DNA of 64,000 nucleotides from Chiloscyllium plagiosum (GCF_004010195.1 NC_057740.1:40193640-40257639), one strand, 5' to 3'; counted from the stretch's first letter, positions 13,991-27,407 are shown. Notes: generated by a model from the sequence alone, not told the origin. A program made the numbers and translations.

Positions 13991-14479
13991 CTCCACTCCA
14001 GTCTTGTCTACACCCAGTCAGCCTGTCGATATTCACACCTGTTCACTAAGGGGGAGGAAGGCTGACGTTAAGTAGCTGTGTATGTACCAGCTTGGGAGCC
14101 ATGTTTACAATTTCTGGTTACTGCCAATTTATTACTTGCAGATGAGTTACCAGATTTTGTTTGTATTCTTTCATGAAATGGCGGCGCCTGTCCACCTTGA
14201 GTAGGTAGCAATGAGCCACCGCCTGCCTCATTTCAGTCCTCCTGGCACAGTTATATCCACAATCTGTCCAGTTTTGTCCCTTTCTGGCACCTCTGTAATG
14301 TTTTGGAACAGCTAAATGCCTGGCGAGGCCATTTATATGACACTTGAGCACATGACCTGAAGTGGGAGTTTGTTTGGACTCAGTAATCAGGGCTAATGCC
14401 TTTAGGGGGCTATCTGCCCAGGTCAAGCATGGGGCAGGGATCCTGGCCAAGAGCAACACCAGGGTGTGAGATTTCTGGT

Positions 14480-14720
14480 TGTGGTCCAGGGTAAGGGGCT
14501 CAGAGTCTGGTGTTACCTACAGGCCGAACTAAGGAAGGATGGCAGATGTCCTTCCCTAAAGAGGCATTAATGAACCAAACAGGTTTTTCTGACAGTCAAT
14601 GGTAATTTCCTGGAGCCATTGCTGAAACAACCTCTCACATCCAGATTTATTTTATCCATCAACTGAATTCCACCAGACACAATGGGGTTTGACCCCATCT
14701 TGCCAGGGCTTTGGCCTCAG
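14480..14720 (-). mobile_element. SacSINE1-like SINE, degenerate
   Basis: Reverse-complement similarity to 16218-16540 (aaggatggcagatgtccttccctaaag...). Confidence 0.55.
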
Positions 14721-14980
14721 TCTCTGCTGATAAGTAAGGATGGAATTGGTGCATGATTAATTGGCTTTAGTTGGCTTTTGTTGAAGTTGCAACAAATCTG
14801 CTTTCGCAAGTCTCAGTTGTAAACTATTCCAAGCAATGACTAAACTGGTAACAGTAAATTTGTCTGCGTGGTTGCTGCTAACTAATTAGCATTTCAGAAC
14901 ATGCTTGTTAGTGGCCCCAAAGTTATATATTGGAAGATCTTTAACTACCAGTACTCCTTCCCAGAGTTAGCGACTAATTC

Positions 14981-15090
14981 GTCCCCACCAGTATCGTACC
15001 CCAGTGTTATACAGTGGCAGACCTGTCCCCACCAGTACTGTAGCCCAGTATTATACAGTGCTGTATCCTAGTGTTTTACAGTGACAGGGA
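14981..15090 (+). repeat. Short dispersed array (2-3 units) of the 44-bp minisatellite
   Basis: ccagtgttatacagtggcagacctgtccccaccagtactgtagcccagtattatacagtg matches the unit at 1400-2095. Confidence 0.9.
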
Positions 15091-16217
15091 CTAAGGGATA
15101 GTGAAAGACACATGAAGACTGCACATGCAGGGAGGGCAGTGGCTGCTGTCTCCCTGCAGAATACACCAGGGACCTCAAAGCTATTGACTTTATGGAAAGC
15201 ACAGTGAGGTGGGTGCTGCATATCAACATTAAAGACGTGCTCCTGAAGAAGAGTCACTGGACCCAAAACTTTAATTCTGTTTTCTCTCCTCAGATGCTGC
15301 GGACCCTGCTAGGTGTTTCAACAGTTTGTTTTTATGTGGCGGTGAATGTTTTGCCTGTCTGACTGTTCCTCCACACATTTGCCTTGGCATGTGATTTTTG
15401 ATTTGTTTTGCTTTGTTATAAAATATAATGAAAAGTTTTGTACAGTGTCATCACTCTCCAGCCTTGTCTCAAAACACAAGAAAATAAACCAAAACACACA
15501 ATACAAAGACAAAAGAATGTAGAAATAAGAAAAAGTGTAACTTTTCTGTGCATTGTACTATGAAGTCAAGGAGCCAAAGATTATTGGTGGGGGGGGCAGC
15601 AGTTGGGAGTGCAGACAGGGAAATGCAGTTGAGACCTGAACCAGACCAACTAGTGGAGCAGGCTCAAAGGGTCCAGCATATCCCTAACTCCTACCTCGGC
15701 TCCTTTATCCTAAGTCCCTATGTGGGTCACATCAGTGTGCAAAATACAAACAAGACCGATAGGCAGCAACTGTTCTTACGTATTGACCTAACATCCTAAT
15801 AACAAGTTAATTGATCAATTAATGTATTTACAATTTCCAGGATCTTGCAATAGTTGCTTCCGACACAACAATGACTCTCCGAAAGGTAATTATTTGGTTG
15901 TGAAGCATTTTGGGGGTAATCTGACAGACACAGTATAATTTTGTTTTTGTTCTTTGATTTGCAAAGCTTCAGGGAGCTTTGTGAGGAATGGATCTGAGGG
16001 CATAATCTGGAAGTAAACCTACAACTGTTATATTTCCTCTGCTGACAGCTAGACTGATCTAATTGTAGATTTTGGCTGTTGATGTGTTTGGGGCAGTGGG
16101 TGTGATATGGAGCCTTTAAGGGGTAGCAATCAATGTGATAGACTTTAAAATTCAGTGTGAAAGAGAGCAACTCTGGTCTTGAGCCAATATCTTCAACTTA
16201 AGTAAAGCACTTTTAGG

Positions 16218-16540
16218 GGAGGCAATGAATTTGTGATATTATCACTGGGTTATCAATCCAGGGACCCAGGTTTGAATCCCACTGTGACAGAGGGTGGAAT
16301 TTGAATTCAATCTTTAAAAATCTGAAATTAATCCAATGATGACTGTGAATCCATTACCAATTGTCAGAAAAACCCATCATGTTCATTAATGTCCTTTTGA
16401 GAAGGAAACTGCCTGTCTGGTCTACATGTGAATGCAGACCCACAGCACTCTGGTTAACTTGTTAACTGTCCTCTGGACAATTAGGGATGGGGAATAATAC
16501 TGCCTGGCCAACATTTACATTCTATGAGTGAATTTTTTAA
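16218..16540 (+). mobile_element. SacSINE1/DeuSINE-like tRNA-derived SINE, near full length
   Basis: Box-B-like ggtttgaatccc, then the shared core and the caattagggatgggg...tgcctggccaac tail. Confidence 0.75.
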
Positions 16541-16559
16541 AAAGGTATAAAGAAAGAGC

Positions 16560-17760
16560 TGTTTAAAGTGGCCTGGGGAAATAGAACAAGGGCAAAATAA
16601 TGTATGACCAGTGGCAGATATTTCATAACATTCAGAATAAAGAGGAGTCAATGAGAAGAATAAACCACCAGTGGTTAACAAAGGCAGACAGAGTAGTCAG
16701 TCAGAAACTATGGCATGCAAAGTGGTGAAAGCCAGTGGTAGAGCAGAGAATTGGGCTTTTTTTTTAGAAACCAGCAACAAATGACTCAAAGGCTAAAGTA
16801 GCTCCGTATTGACTATAAAAGTAAATTGTCAATAAATATTTTTTATAAACCTTCCACCGGTAAATAAAAAGAGTAGCTAAAGTAAGTTTGGGACCCTTAG
16901 AAGATGCAGTTTAGGAATCTACGACAGGCTGTAGGGAGAAATGTGTCCCAAGTTTGATGACCATACAAAAATAGGTAGAAGGACATGTAGTGACAACACC
17001 AAGACTCTGCAAAGGGATATGGACAGGTTGAATGAATGGTTAAAAACTTGGCAAATGGAGTTTAATGGAATCAAAAGGCAGACTATTATTTAAATGGAGG
17101 GCGACTCCAAAAAAAGTGCAGTGCAAAGCAATTTGAGTGTTCCTGTGCATGAGACACACAGTGTGCAGATGCAGCAAGTAATTAAGCAGGCAAATAGAAT
17201 TTTAACTTGCAAGGAGGATGAAGTTTAAAATAGGGAAGTCTTGTTCTAACTACAGAATATTGTGAAGCCACACTTGGACTATTTTGGTCCCTATACTTAA
17301 GAAAAGATGTTCTGGCATTGGAGGCAGTTCAACCGAGATTCACTTAGACTGATTCCTGGGGTGAAGTGTTTGACTTATTAAGAGAAGCTAAACAGGTTAG
17401 ACCGTTGTTCATTAGAATTTGGAAGAATGAGGGGTGATTTTATTGAAACAAAAAATTCTGAGGGGGCTTCGTCAGATCGATGGTGAGAAGATGTTTTCAC
17501 TATTGGGGGAGTCTCGAACTGGGGGACATGATTGCAGAACAAAGAGACCCTCATTTAAAACCAAGCTGTAAAGGAATTCCTTCTGCCACATGGTAATGAA
17601 TGTTTGTATTTTCGATTCCAGAGAGTTCTGTGGGGCAATCACTGAAAGTGTTTAAAGTGGTAGATAAAACTTTGAGATATCCAGAGGTTGAGGATGATGA
17701 ATGAACTGTAATGGAAGAGGAGTTGAGGTCTATGGCAGTCTTGTGCTGAATGGCCTCCTA
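16560..17760 (+). mobile_element. Old CR1 ORF2 remnant with internal deletions
   Basis: Decayed KFADDTK and WQMEFN motifs (aagtttgatgaccatacaaaa; tggcaaatggagtttaat) and a CR1 3' region. Confidence 0.75.
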
Positions 17761-19406
17761 GTTATTTGAAGAGATGAGATTGAGAGGCCTTGTAGATGGA
17801 TAGAATCTAAGGATGAAGTGAGAAGTTGATTTTAAAGGACCTGGTGAGTTGGTATGAATCAAGACAATGAGAAGGTGACCAACGAAACGCAAGTTCACTT
17901 TGAAACAAAACTTTTTTTTTTACCTTCAAAGCATAAAGACTCTTAATTTGTCTCAAATTGATGGGTACTAAACTGATCCAGCCTCATCTACAACACATCA
18001 GAAAACCTCTGTGCAGAAAATGGATCAACCTCCTTTAGCTTGGGTTAACCAACACTGATCTCTCTTTTTCGAAAAGATAAACCACACCCTTCACCATTGG
18101 CTGGATCGCTGGTTGGAAAATGAGAATTTATTGTCTCACATTTGTTTTGGAAAGGTAGTGACACACAAAACAGAGGCCCAGAAAAAGGCACTCTCTGTGA
18201 CATCACGAGCTGACTGACACTGAAATTTTCATTCTGACCTCACCCACACAGCAACAAGTCCATTCATGTCCTGAGGTGTAGCCTTTGAGTGTGGCTGTGT
18301 GTATGTACCATCTCTGCCTTGTCACTTACAATTATGCTGAATTTCTTTGTTTTCTCACCCCGAATAAGCACTGTTTCCGAGATGTTCTCCCACCCACTGA
18401 ATGTCCCCTCAATGGCTGAGCTTCCAGTTTAGCTAGAAGCTGCACATCAGTTGTGTGCAACCTTGAACCTTTGAGTTTGAGGTGCAGCCAGGGGTTTACC
18501 AGGGTAGCTGGCAGAAAGACTTTGCACTGATCACAGCTGGAAGTCAGTAAGGCACTCTGCAAAGTGGATCCTGAAAGGTATGTCAGCAACAGTGAAGATG
18601 CAATGATGGGTTGAGTGTGAATGGCAGGTAAATGTTGGCAGCAGCAGCATTGTACAGTTGTGGCTTGAAAGGCTGGCAGTGTTTTTAATATGAGTAACAC
18701 CAAAAATTGTCATTGATGCAATTTTGTTTTTATTGTGATTTTTGACCTCAACAGGGTGAGGGATGGGCATTTTAATTTTGCATACCCAGTATTAACAGCA
18801 ATCAAGTTCTAAAAGAGAGTAGTAAGGCTTCCACTACATGGTCCACCTCAAACACTTCTGTAACAGGGACAGCGTGGGGTTAGATGCAGAGTAAAGCTGT
18901 CTCAACTCTATTAAACTGCAAGTTCCCATGACACACACTATCAAATACTTCCAAGATTGGTACAGCACAGGGTTAGGTCCAGACTAAAGCTCAGTCTTCA
19001 TTGTTTGCCAATAAACACAGGGCTATGTGCATTCTATCAGATTAGGCTAGATCCAAAAGTCCTTAATGTGGCTACACCATTGAACCTTTTCATGTACGTG
19101 GATAAGCAAATTAATTTGCCCCTCTGCTCATCAATCAAGAACTGGGACTAAAAGATGAAGTTAAGTTAGGCTGCAAAGATTAGAATTCGAGTACAAGATT
19201 GAGTTTTTAAAAATTGTTCCTGAAACAAAGGCATTGATGGCAGGACTAACATTTGTTTGTTGTCCTGAATTGCCCTCGAGAAGCTGGTGGTGAGGCATCT
19301 TCTTGAACTGCTGCAGTCTGTGTAGTGCAGGAAAACCCACAGCCGGCAGTCAGAGGAGTTGATGAGCGCAAACTTAAAGCTAGGTTATTTAAGTGTGATC
19401 TGAAAA

Positions 19407-19788
19407 TGTGTTGCTGGAAAAGCACAGCTGGTCAGGCAGCATCCAGGGAACAGGAGAATCGACATTTCGGGCATAAGCCCTCCTTCAGGAATGAGGAAAG
19501 TGTGTCCAGCAGGCTAAGATAAAAGGTAGGGAGGAGGGACTTGGGGGAGGGGCGTTGGAAATGCGATAGCTGGAAGGAGGTCAAGGTTTCTTTTGTGGAT
19601 GAAGAACAGTATTTTCCACCTTCCTCCTTCCACCTATCTCATTTCCAACGCCCCTCCCCCAAGTCCCTCCTCCCTACCTTTTATCTTAGCCTGCTGGACA
19701 CACTTTCCTCATTCCTGAAGAAGGGCTCATGCCCGAAACGTCGATTCTCCTGCTCCTTGGATGCTGCCTGACCTGCTGCGCATTTCCA
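19407..19788. mobile_element. Inverted pair of Penelope-like pLTRs (about 165-bp arms)
   Basis: About 19415-19580 is nearly the reverse complement of about 19623-19788. Each arm carries a hammerhead-like motif. Confidence 0.85.
19711..19746 (+). ncRNA. Minimal type I hammerhead ribozyme-like motif in a Penelope pLTR
   Basis: ATTC-CTGAAGA-A-GGGC-TCAT-GCCC-GAAA-CGTC-GATT. Core boxes CUGANGA and GAAA are intact, stem II is 4 bp, helix III is a palindromic ACGU, and the cleavage triplet is GUC. Helix I is weak (3 of 4 bp). Confidence 0.7.
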
Positions 19789-20778
19789 NNNNNNNNNNNN
19801 NNNNNNNNNNNNNNNNNNNNNNNNNNNNNNNNNNNNNNNNNNNNNNNNNNNNNNNNNNNNNNNNNNNNNNNNNNNNNNNNNNNNNNNNNNNNNNNNNNNN
19901 NNNNNNNNNNNNNNNNNNNNNNNNNNNNNNNNNNNNNNNNNNNNNNNNNNNNNNNNNNNNNNNNNNNNNNNNNNNNNNNNNNNNNNNNNNNNNNNNNNNN
20001 NNNNNNNNNNNNNNNNNNNNNNNNNNNNNNNNNNNNNNNNNNNNNNNNNNNNNNNNNNNNNNNNNNNNNNNNNNNNNNNNNNNNNNNNNNNNNNNNNNNN
20101 NNNNNNNNNNNNNNNNNNNNNNNNNNNNNNNNNNNNNNNNNNNNNNNNNNNNNNNNNNNNNNNNNNNNNNNNNNNNNNNNNNNNNNNNNNNNNNNNNNNN
20201 NNNNNNNNNNNNNNNNNNNNNNNNNNNNNNNNNNNNNNNNNNNNNNNNNNNNNNNNNNNNNNNNNNNNNNNNNNNNNNNNNNNNNNNNNNNNNNNNNNNN
20301 NNNNNNNNNNNNNNNNNNNNNNNNNNNNNNNNNNNNNNNNNNNNNNNNNNNNNNNNNNNNNNNNNNNNNNNNNNNNNNNNNNNNNNNNNNNNNNNNNNNN
20401 NNNNNNNNNNNNNNNNNNNNNNNNNNNNNNNNNNNNNNNNNNNNNNNNNNNNNNNNNNNNNNNNNNNNNNNNNNNNNNNNNNNNNNNNNNNNNNNNNNNN
20501 NNNNNNNNNNNNNNNNNNNNNNNNNNNNNNNNNNNNNNNNNNNNNNNNNNNNNNNNNNNNNNNNNNNNNNNNNNNNNNNNNNNNNNNNNNNNNNNNNNNN
20601 NNNNNNNNNNNNNNNNNNNNNNNNNNNNNNNNNNNNNNNNNNNNNNNNNNNNNNNNNNNNNNNNNNNNNNNNNNNNNNNNNNNNNNNNNNNNNNNNNNNN
20701 NNNNNNNNNNNNNNNNNNNNNNNNNNNNNNNNNNNNNNNNNNNNNNNNNNNNNNNNNNNNNNNNNNNNNNNNNNNNNN
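19789..20778. other. Assembly gap
   Basis: Run of N. Confidence 1.
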
Positions 20779-21345
20779 GAGACAATGGGTCGGCCGGGGC
20801 AGTCAGGTTTGTGGATTTTGGGCAGGAGGTAGAAACGGGCGGTGCGGGGTTGTGGGACTATGAGGTTGGAGGCGGTGGATGGGAGATCCCCCGAGGTGAT
20901 GAGGTTATGGATGGTCTGGGAGATGATGGTTTGGTGGTGGGAGGTGGGGTCATGGTCAAGGGTGCATTAGGAGGAGGTGTCCGCGAGCTGGCGTTTAGCC
21001 TCAGCGGTGTAAAGGTCGGTGCGCCAAACTACTACCGCGCCTCCCTTGACTGCCGGTTTGATAGTGAGGTAGGGGTTGGAACAGAGGGAGTGGAGGGCTG
21101 CACGTTCCGAGGGTGAGAGGTTGGAGTGGGTGAGAGGGGTGGGGGAGTTCAGGTGGCGGTTAATGTCGCAGCGGCAGTTGGCTATGAAGAGATCGAGGGT
21201 GGGTAAGAGGCCAGCACTGGGGGTCCAGGTGGATGGGGTGTGTTGGAGACGGGAGAAGGGGTTGTCAGAGGGTGGGCGACAGTCTTGGTTGCAGAAGTAG
21301 GCGCGGAGGCGAAGACGGCGGAAGAATTGTTCGATGTCATGCTGC
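20779..21345 (-). mobile_element. Penelope-like element, N-terminal part of the RT
   Basis: Minus translation includes FFRRLRLRAYF, LTIKPAVKGGAVVVW (compare KPADKG), RFYLLPKIHK and GRPIVS, with one in-frame stop. The sequence runs into the gap. Confidence 0.92.
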
Positions 21346-23029
21346 GTGTGACATTTAAGTGTGATGTCAGGAAGGATAATGTCACAAAATCAATTTATGT
21401 TAGATGACAATATTAAGGAATTCAGTACCAAAGGGTATAGTTGAAGGCAAGATAAGATCATCCGTGATCAAATTAAATAGCAGAATAAGCTCGAGACTAG
21501 TTACTTCTATTTGTTCCTGTTCGCTACACAGTACCTGGTTGTGTGCATGAAGTAAAATGTTTGGTATCTGAAATAGGATACTGACCTTCGTGGACCTATC
21601 ACCAAATCAGCTTTTATTTACACTTACACGTTACATGACACTGACCCAACTAGTACAAAGCCAGTTCTGAGTGAACAGAACCTCTGACACTCCTGTTTTT
21701 TTATTTTATTAAACAATACAGTTTACAAAATAATTGACATTAACAGCCATATACAAGAAACAGCAAATTTCAAGGGAGAGGAGCAGCGAAGCCAGGTCCC
21801 AAACCCACCATTCAACCAGCTTTCAGGAAGATGAGGACAAACTTCAGATCCTGACACTCTTGTTTCTTTTTTTTTGTGTACAAATCTTTATTCAATTTCC
21901 ACCACCAGGAAGAAAAGAAACACCCAAGTGGCCAAAGATGACACTCCTATTTCCTTTTTGTTTCAAGTCCTTGACACTGCTCCAGCTCCCTCAGAGCCAG
22001 CTCTCAGAATGAACGGGATGTCGACACTCCTGTTTCTATCTGTCAGCCAGTGCTCCCTGATTGGGGCTGTTAATCTGGTCCCCAATCAGGGAGCTCATTC
22101 TGAGCTCCACCTGGCTGACATTGTTGCAATCACCACAGAAACTATTCTAAGATTTCCCTTTGCCAGTTTGTGCCTGCCTTGTGTTTCTTCTCCATTTGCC
22201 ACACCTCTGGTCCATGCTTTCAGAACAGTGAGCACAGGGATAAGTGATGGGTTTACGCCTGCTTGAGAAGGTGGATGACAGCTCAGTCTAAAAGTTGACA
22301 CCTCAGTCTGACACTCTGCATGCCCTCAGTCCTGAATCTAAGGGATCTGTTACTTTTTGGGTCCATTCCGGGGTTGGGCAGGAGCTTTTCACTTTGATGC
22401 CAAAGATGACAAATTTGTTACTTTCGAAGCAGTTTATTGGTCACTTATGATCAGGTGACCATTGTGTGTCATTTTCTGGTTGACAGGTTTTTGGGGTAAT
22501 GCTAACCTAAAAATCAGGCCAATCAGAGTTTGCACACTTGAGTTTATTAACGTCTTCACCCAGCCTCTGTCAGACAGTGGGAAAATTATCTGCCTTTACA
22601 AATTTAATGAAATATACATATACATGAAAATTACATTGAAATGTCAAACTTAAACTGCTATGTAAGCTGCAAGAGATATAGAGAATAAGAGGTGTGTCTC
22701 AACTTTTCCAGTTACAGGCTGTATTTACAATGTACATTTGTGTTGACTGTGGTTGGGGGGGGATGTGGGGAGAGTTTTTATTTTATCTTATTTTAACAAA
22801 TGCCCAAGTACAAGTGCTGCTTGGCGCTCAAGTCTACTAGTTACCATCCCTTCCTACAAATGGACATGTCCAGAGAATTCAGAGTATTTTTTTCTTGTGC
22901 CCTGTGAGAAAGTTTTTTTGGTCCTTGTTCTGAAATATTCTGGTGCCCAGACAGAAGTTCATGTGCTCTGTGTCTCTTGTGCTTTTGCTGAACAGGCCCC
23001 CTCTGGCTCACCGACATTAATCCTTTCTT

Positions 23030-23750
23030 ACTGAAGCAATACAGCTCAGAAGGAGGCCATTCAGCCTTTTGCAGCTGCACTAGCTCTCAGAATAGGCAAC
23101 TCATTCAGTGCCAACTTCTACCCATAATCCTGCACATCCTGCCTTTTGAAATAAGATTAATTCCCTTTTGAATGCTTCAAATGAACCTGCCGTTGTTGTA
23201 CACTCAGGCAATCCGTTCCATAATTTAACCACCGTATGAAAAACAAATTCTCATTTCTGCTGCTTTTGCCAATTATTTTAAATCTGTGCCCTCCTGTTTC
23301 CTAGCCTTTCATGGGTGAAAGTAGTTTCACCCTATCTACTGTGTCCTGGCCCCTCATGATTCTGAACACTTGCATCAGATCTCCTCTCTCCTTTCTCTTC
23401 TCCAAGAGAAACAGTCCTAACTTCTTCGATTTGTTTTTATTTTAGATTCTTCTCAGCCCTGGAATCATATATAAAAAGCACTCTCTCCACTGCATTCTCT
23501 GTCCAGTGTGCGCTCTCCAATGCTTTCACATCCTTCCAAAAGTGCAGTGCCCAGCCTGGAGTCAGCAGCTGGAATAGTGTCTCATATCTCTTTGTTGTTG
23601 TTCTTTATGTCCCTATTAATAAAGTTCAGGATTTCATCTTGAATATTAAATGGTTTCTCATCCTGTGCTGCCACTTCAATAACTTATTAATATACACACC
23701 CAGCTCACCCTGTTCCTGAATCCCTTTAGAATTGTGCCCTATATATTCTC
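23030..23750 (-). mobile_element. Old CR1 3' fragment
   Basis: Degenerate similarity to CR1 3' ends (ggccattcagcc tail; cccctcatgattctgaacac). Confidence 0.6.
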
Positions 23751-23989
23751 TCCAGAGAATCTTTAAATCTTTTGAATCTTTATTAGCATTTTCATAAATT
23801 AATTAGGCATTGTTATCTATTGGTTTTGGCCCTTGCCTCCATAATAGATAGTTAATTATTAAAGCTCCTTGTTAATCCTTTGATTTAAAAATTCCGAGTG
23901 CCTTTTCTATAATACGATTGCCAGCTTCGATCGGCGCTTTGACAAGTGATGTTCTAACCATGTGACTTGAACATACAATGTAGGTCAGT

Positions 23990-24245
23990 TAGGACTGAGA
24001 CAAGCAACAATGTCTTCACCCAGAGAGTGAGCAGCCTGTGGAATTTTCTACCCTGGAAAATGGTTTAGGCCAAAACATTGGAATGGTTTCAAGAAGGAGT
24101 TGGATGTAGTTCTTGGGGCTAAAGAGATCAATAAGGAGAAAGCAGGAATAGATGCTGAGTTGGGTGATCTGCCATGATCATATTGAATAGTGGAGCAGGC
24201 TCGAAGGGCTGAATGGCCAACTCCTCCTATTTTCTAAGTTTCAAG
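23990..24245 (+). mobile_element. CR1 3' end
   Basis: ttcacccagagagtg...gccatgatcatattgaatagtggagcaggctcgaagggctgaatggcc terminal motif. Confidence 0.75.
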
Positions 24246-24329
24246 TAGCATTCCAGGAGCTGGAAACACTGAGCACAAAAACCAGTTGTCTGTTCAGTGC
24301 AGTGCTGAAGGAATGCAGCACCTCCAGAG

Positions 24330-24690
24330 TTCTAGAGATGAACAGCACGGAAGCAGACCCTTCGGTCCAACTTGTCCACACCAATCAGATATCCTAACCT
24401 AATCTAGTCCCTTTTGCCAGCACTTGGCCCATATCCCTCTCAACCCTTCCTATTCATATACCCATCCAGCTACCTTTTAAATGTTGTAATTGTACCAGCC
24501 TCCACCACTTGCTCTGGCAGCTGATTCAACACACACGCCACACACTGCATGAAAGTGCTGCCCCTTAGGTCCCTTTTATATCTCACCCTAAACCTATGTC
24601 TTCTAATTCTAGACTTCCCCACCCAGGGAAAATACCTTGTTTATTTATCCTATCTATGCCCTCGTGATTTTATAAGGTCACCCCTCAGCC
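24330..24690 (-). mobile_element. CR1 3' fragment (same family as 48429-51552)
   Basis: High similarity to 48440-48810. Confidence 0.9.
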
Positions 24691-25544
24691 AATTGAACTA
24701 AGGTCTCATTTGGCTGCTCAGTTTGGATACCCAATGATTCAATGACACTTGTTCGATGATCATCTGTTTGATTATCTTCGGATCCCATCTGCTTTCTCTC
24801 CATGCATGCCTGCTGAGTTTCTCCAGCAATTTCTGCTGTTGCCTCTCCCTGTGTCCCTGAGCCAGTTGCAAGAGACGAGAAGGAAATTATTAAAAGAATT
24901 TGGTTTTAGCTGTGGCACACTCACCTTTGAGACGTTTGCTTGCCCGAACCCACTTCAAAGGCTAAGGAACGTAATCCTGACTGGCAATCTCTGTGCCAGT
25001 ACTGAGAGAGTGCTGCACTAGTAGAGAGTGCTGCCGTCTTGTGAATATGATGCTAAACCCACGCTACTGAGAGATATCCCATGGGCATTATTTCAAAAAG
25101 CGGATGAGTTCTTTGCAGTGTCTGGGGCTAAACCATATTCTTCAGACAGCACCCCTTAAAACTTTCTGGTCATTATCCTGTCACTTTCAGGGAGTTTGCT
25201 CTGTGCAAATTGATTTGTTTTCCTTATGATGTGTAATATGTATGCAAGTCTATTTTCTTCTTTCTCCTTGTGTCCCCACTCACTTGCCGGATACTGTCTC
25301 CTGTAGTGGCACCTTGTTAAAGCCTGCCAGTTCTACGAGCGAGAAAGAACCAGGGCTACCTGGACACACTTAAAAGCTATATTGTTATTCCTTCACCATT
25401 GCTGGGTAAGGAACTCTGTGGGTGGACTTACACCTGATGGGCTGCAATGCTGTCCTTGATAAGTGAAGTCCACATCCCATGAATAGGAAACCAGACACTT
25501 GTGAATATTGGAAATTCTCAGTTGCAGAGAGCTGCTGTCCTCCT

Positions 25545-25910
25545 CCACCGCCTACAACAAAGGCCACCTGCAAACTGCAGGAGGAACACCTCATCTTCCA
25601 CCTCGGAACCCTACAGCCACATGGCATGAACATTTAATTCACCAGTTTCCATACCTCTCCTCCCCCACCCCATCCCAGGTTCAACCCTCCGATTCAGATC
25701 CATCTTCTTGACTTGCCTACCTTTCCCCCAGCCCCACCTCCTCTCCCCCCCTATTTATTTCAGCCCCCTTCCCCATCCTAGTCCTGAAGGAGTGTTGTAC
25801 CCAAAACCCTGACTCTCCTGCTCCTTTGCTGTCTGACCGGCTGTGCTTTCCCAGCACCACACTTTTTTTTCAACTCTGATCTCGAGCATCTGCAGTCCTC
25901 ACTTTCTCCT
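25545..25910 (+). mobile_element. Penelope-like 3' end/pLTR remnant
   Basis: KLQEEHLIFHLGTLQPHGMNI-like C-terminus and a pyrimidine-rich pLTR similar to 3250-3610, with a decayed hammerhead motif at about 25780-25814. Confidence 0.75.
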
Positions 25911-26056
25911 GAGAGGTGTAGTCAGTTGGTCGTTATACGTTCAAGTCAGAGGTCACTTTGGGTGCTAAGTAAATTGCGATATTGGAATATTATAAAAATG
26001 TCATAGATTGGTCATGGTTTTGTTAACCAGCTCCAATTTCTGTGCATATACCCAGT

Positions 26057-26062
26057 TTTAAT
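26057..26062 (-). terminator. Candidate poly(A) signal ATTAAA of TSSK6 copy A
   Basis: Minus strand ATTAAA-N9-ATGCACA; the same arrangement occurs downstream of copy B. Confidence 0.65.
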
Positions 26063-26196
26063 GTTGTTCACAACCAAAGTCTGGTTCAAAAAAACGTTTC
26101 TTTGAAACCAACTTACCATCTTAGAAAACTTAGAACAGTATCTGCTGGAATAATGCAACAAGGCTCTTGTATTGACCCTCTTTAGAGCATATTCCT

Positions 26197-27057
<861 letters not shown>

Positions 27058-27070
27058 CTATCAGTGCACC

Positions 27071-27140
27071 TGCTGTAATAATTTGCAGTTGTGAAGTTTC
27101 CTTTGTGTCACGCTCCCACCCCATCACCTTTTATAGACAT
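27071..27140 (-). promoter_or_regulatory. Core promoter of TSSK6 copy A (TATA box plus conserved 30-nt block)
   Basis: Minus strand ATGTCTATAAAA (TATA at 27135-27129). Block 27071-27100 is 28/30 identical to 38806-38835. Confidence 0.7.
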
Positions 27141-27407
27141 ATGCCCAAATGTTTTAAAATAATATTGACAGCAGCAACTTCGCAGTGAAATATAAAGAGC
27201 TTGGCCACTTCCAGTTGCCAACCTTCACCTGAACTTTCCAAATTGGCCAACTCCTTATGAGGTCACAAAGCAGTTCCATTCATTCTGAGGCACAAACAAG
27301 TTTGTGTTGGCTTTAAGGGGAAGTGAAGTAAGGGATCTATTTGCGATGCTTACACTAAACATAGATTACATAATAAGGCTTGTTTCTACGTTGACAGGTT
27401 TGGGAGT

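Noticed and set aside
18332-18703. 123-aa minus-strand ORF with CCCC
   Set aside because: Non-ATG start, no recognisable domain, and a length expected by chance.
19727-21116. Long ORFs of 352-451 aa
   Set aside because: Artefacts of translating through the N gap.
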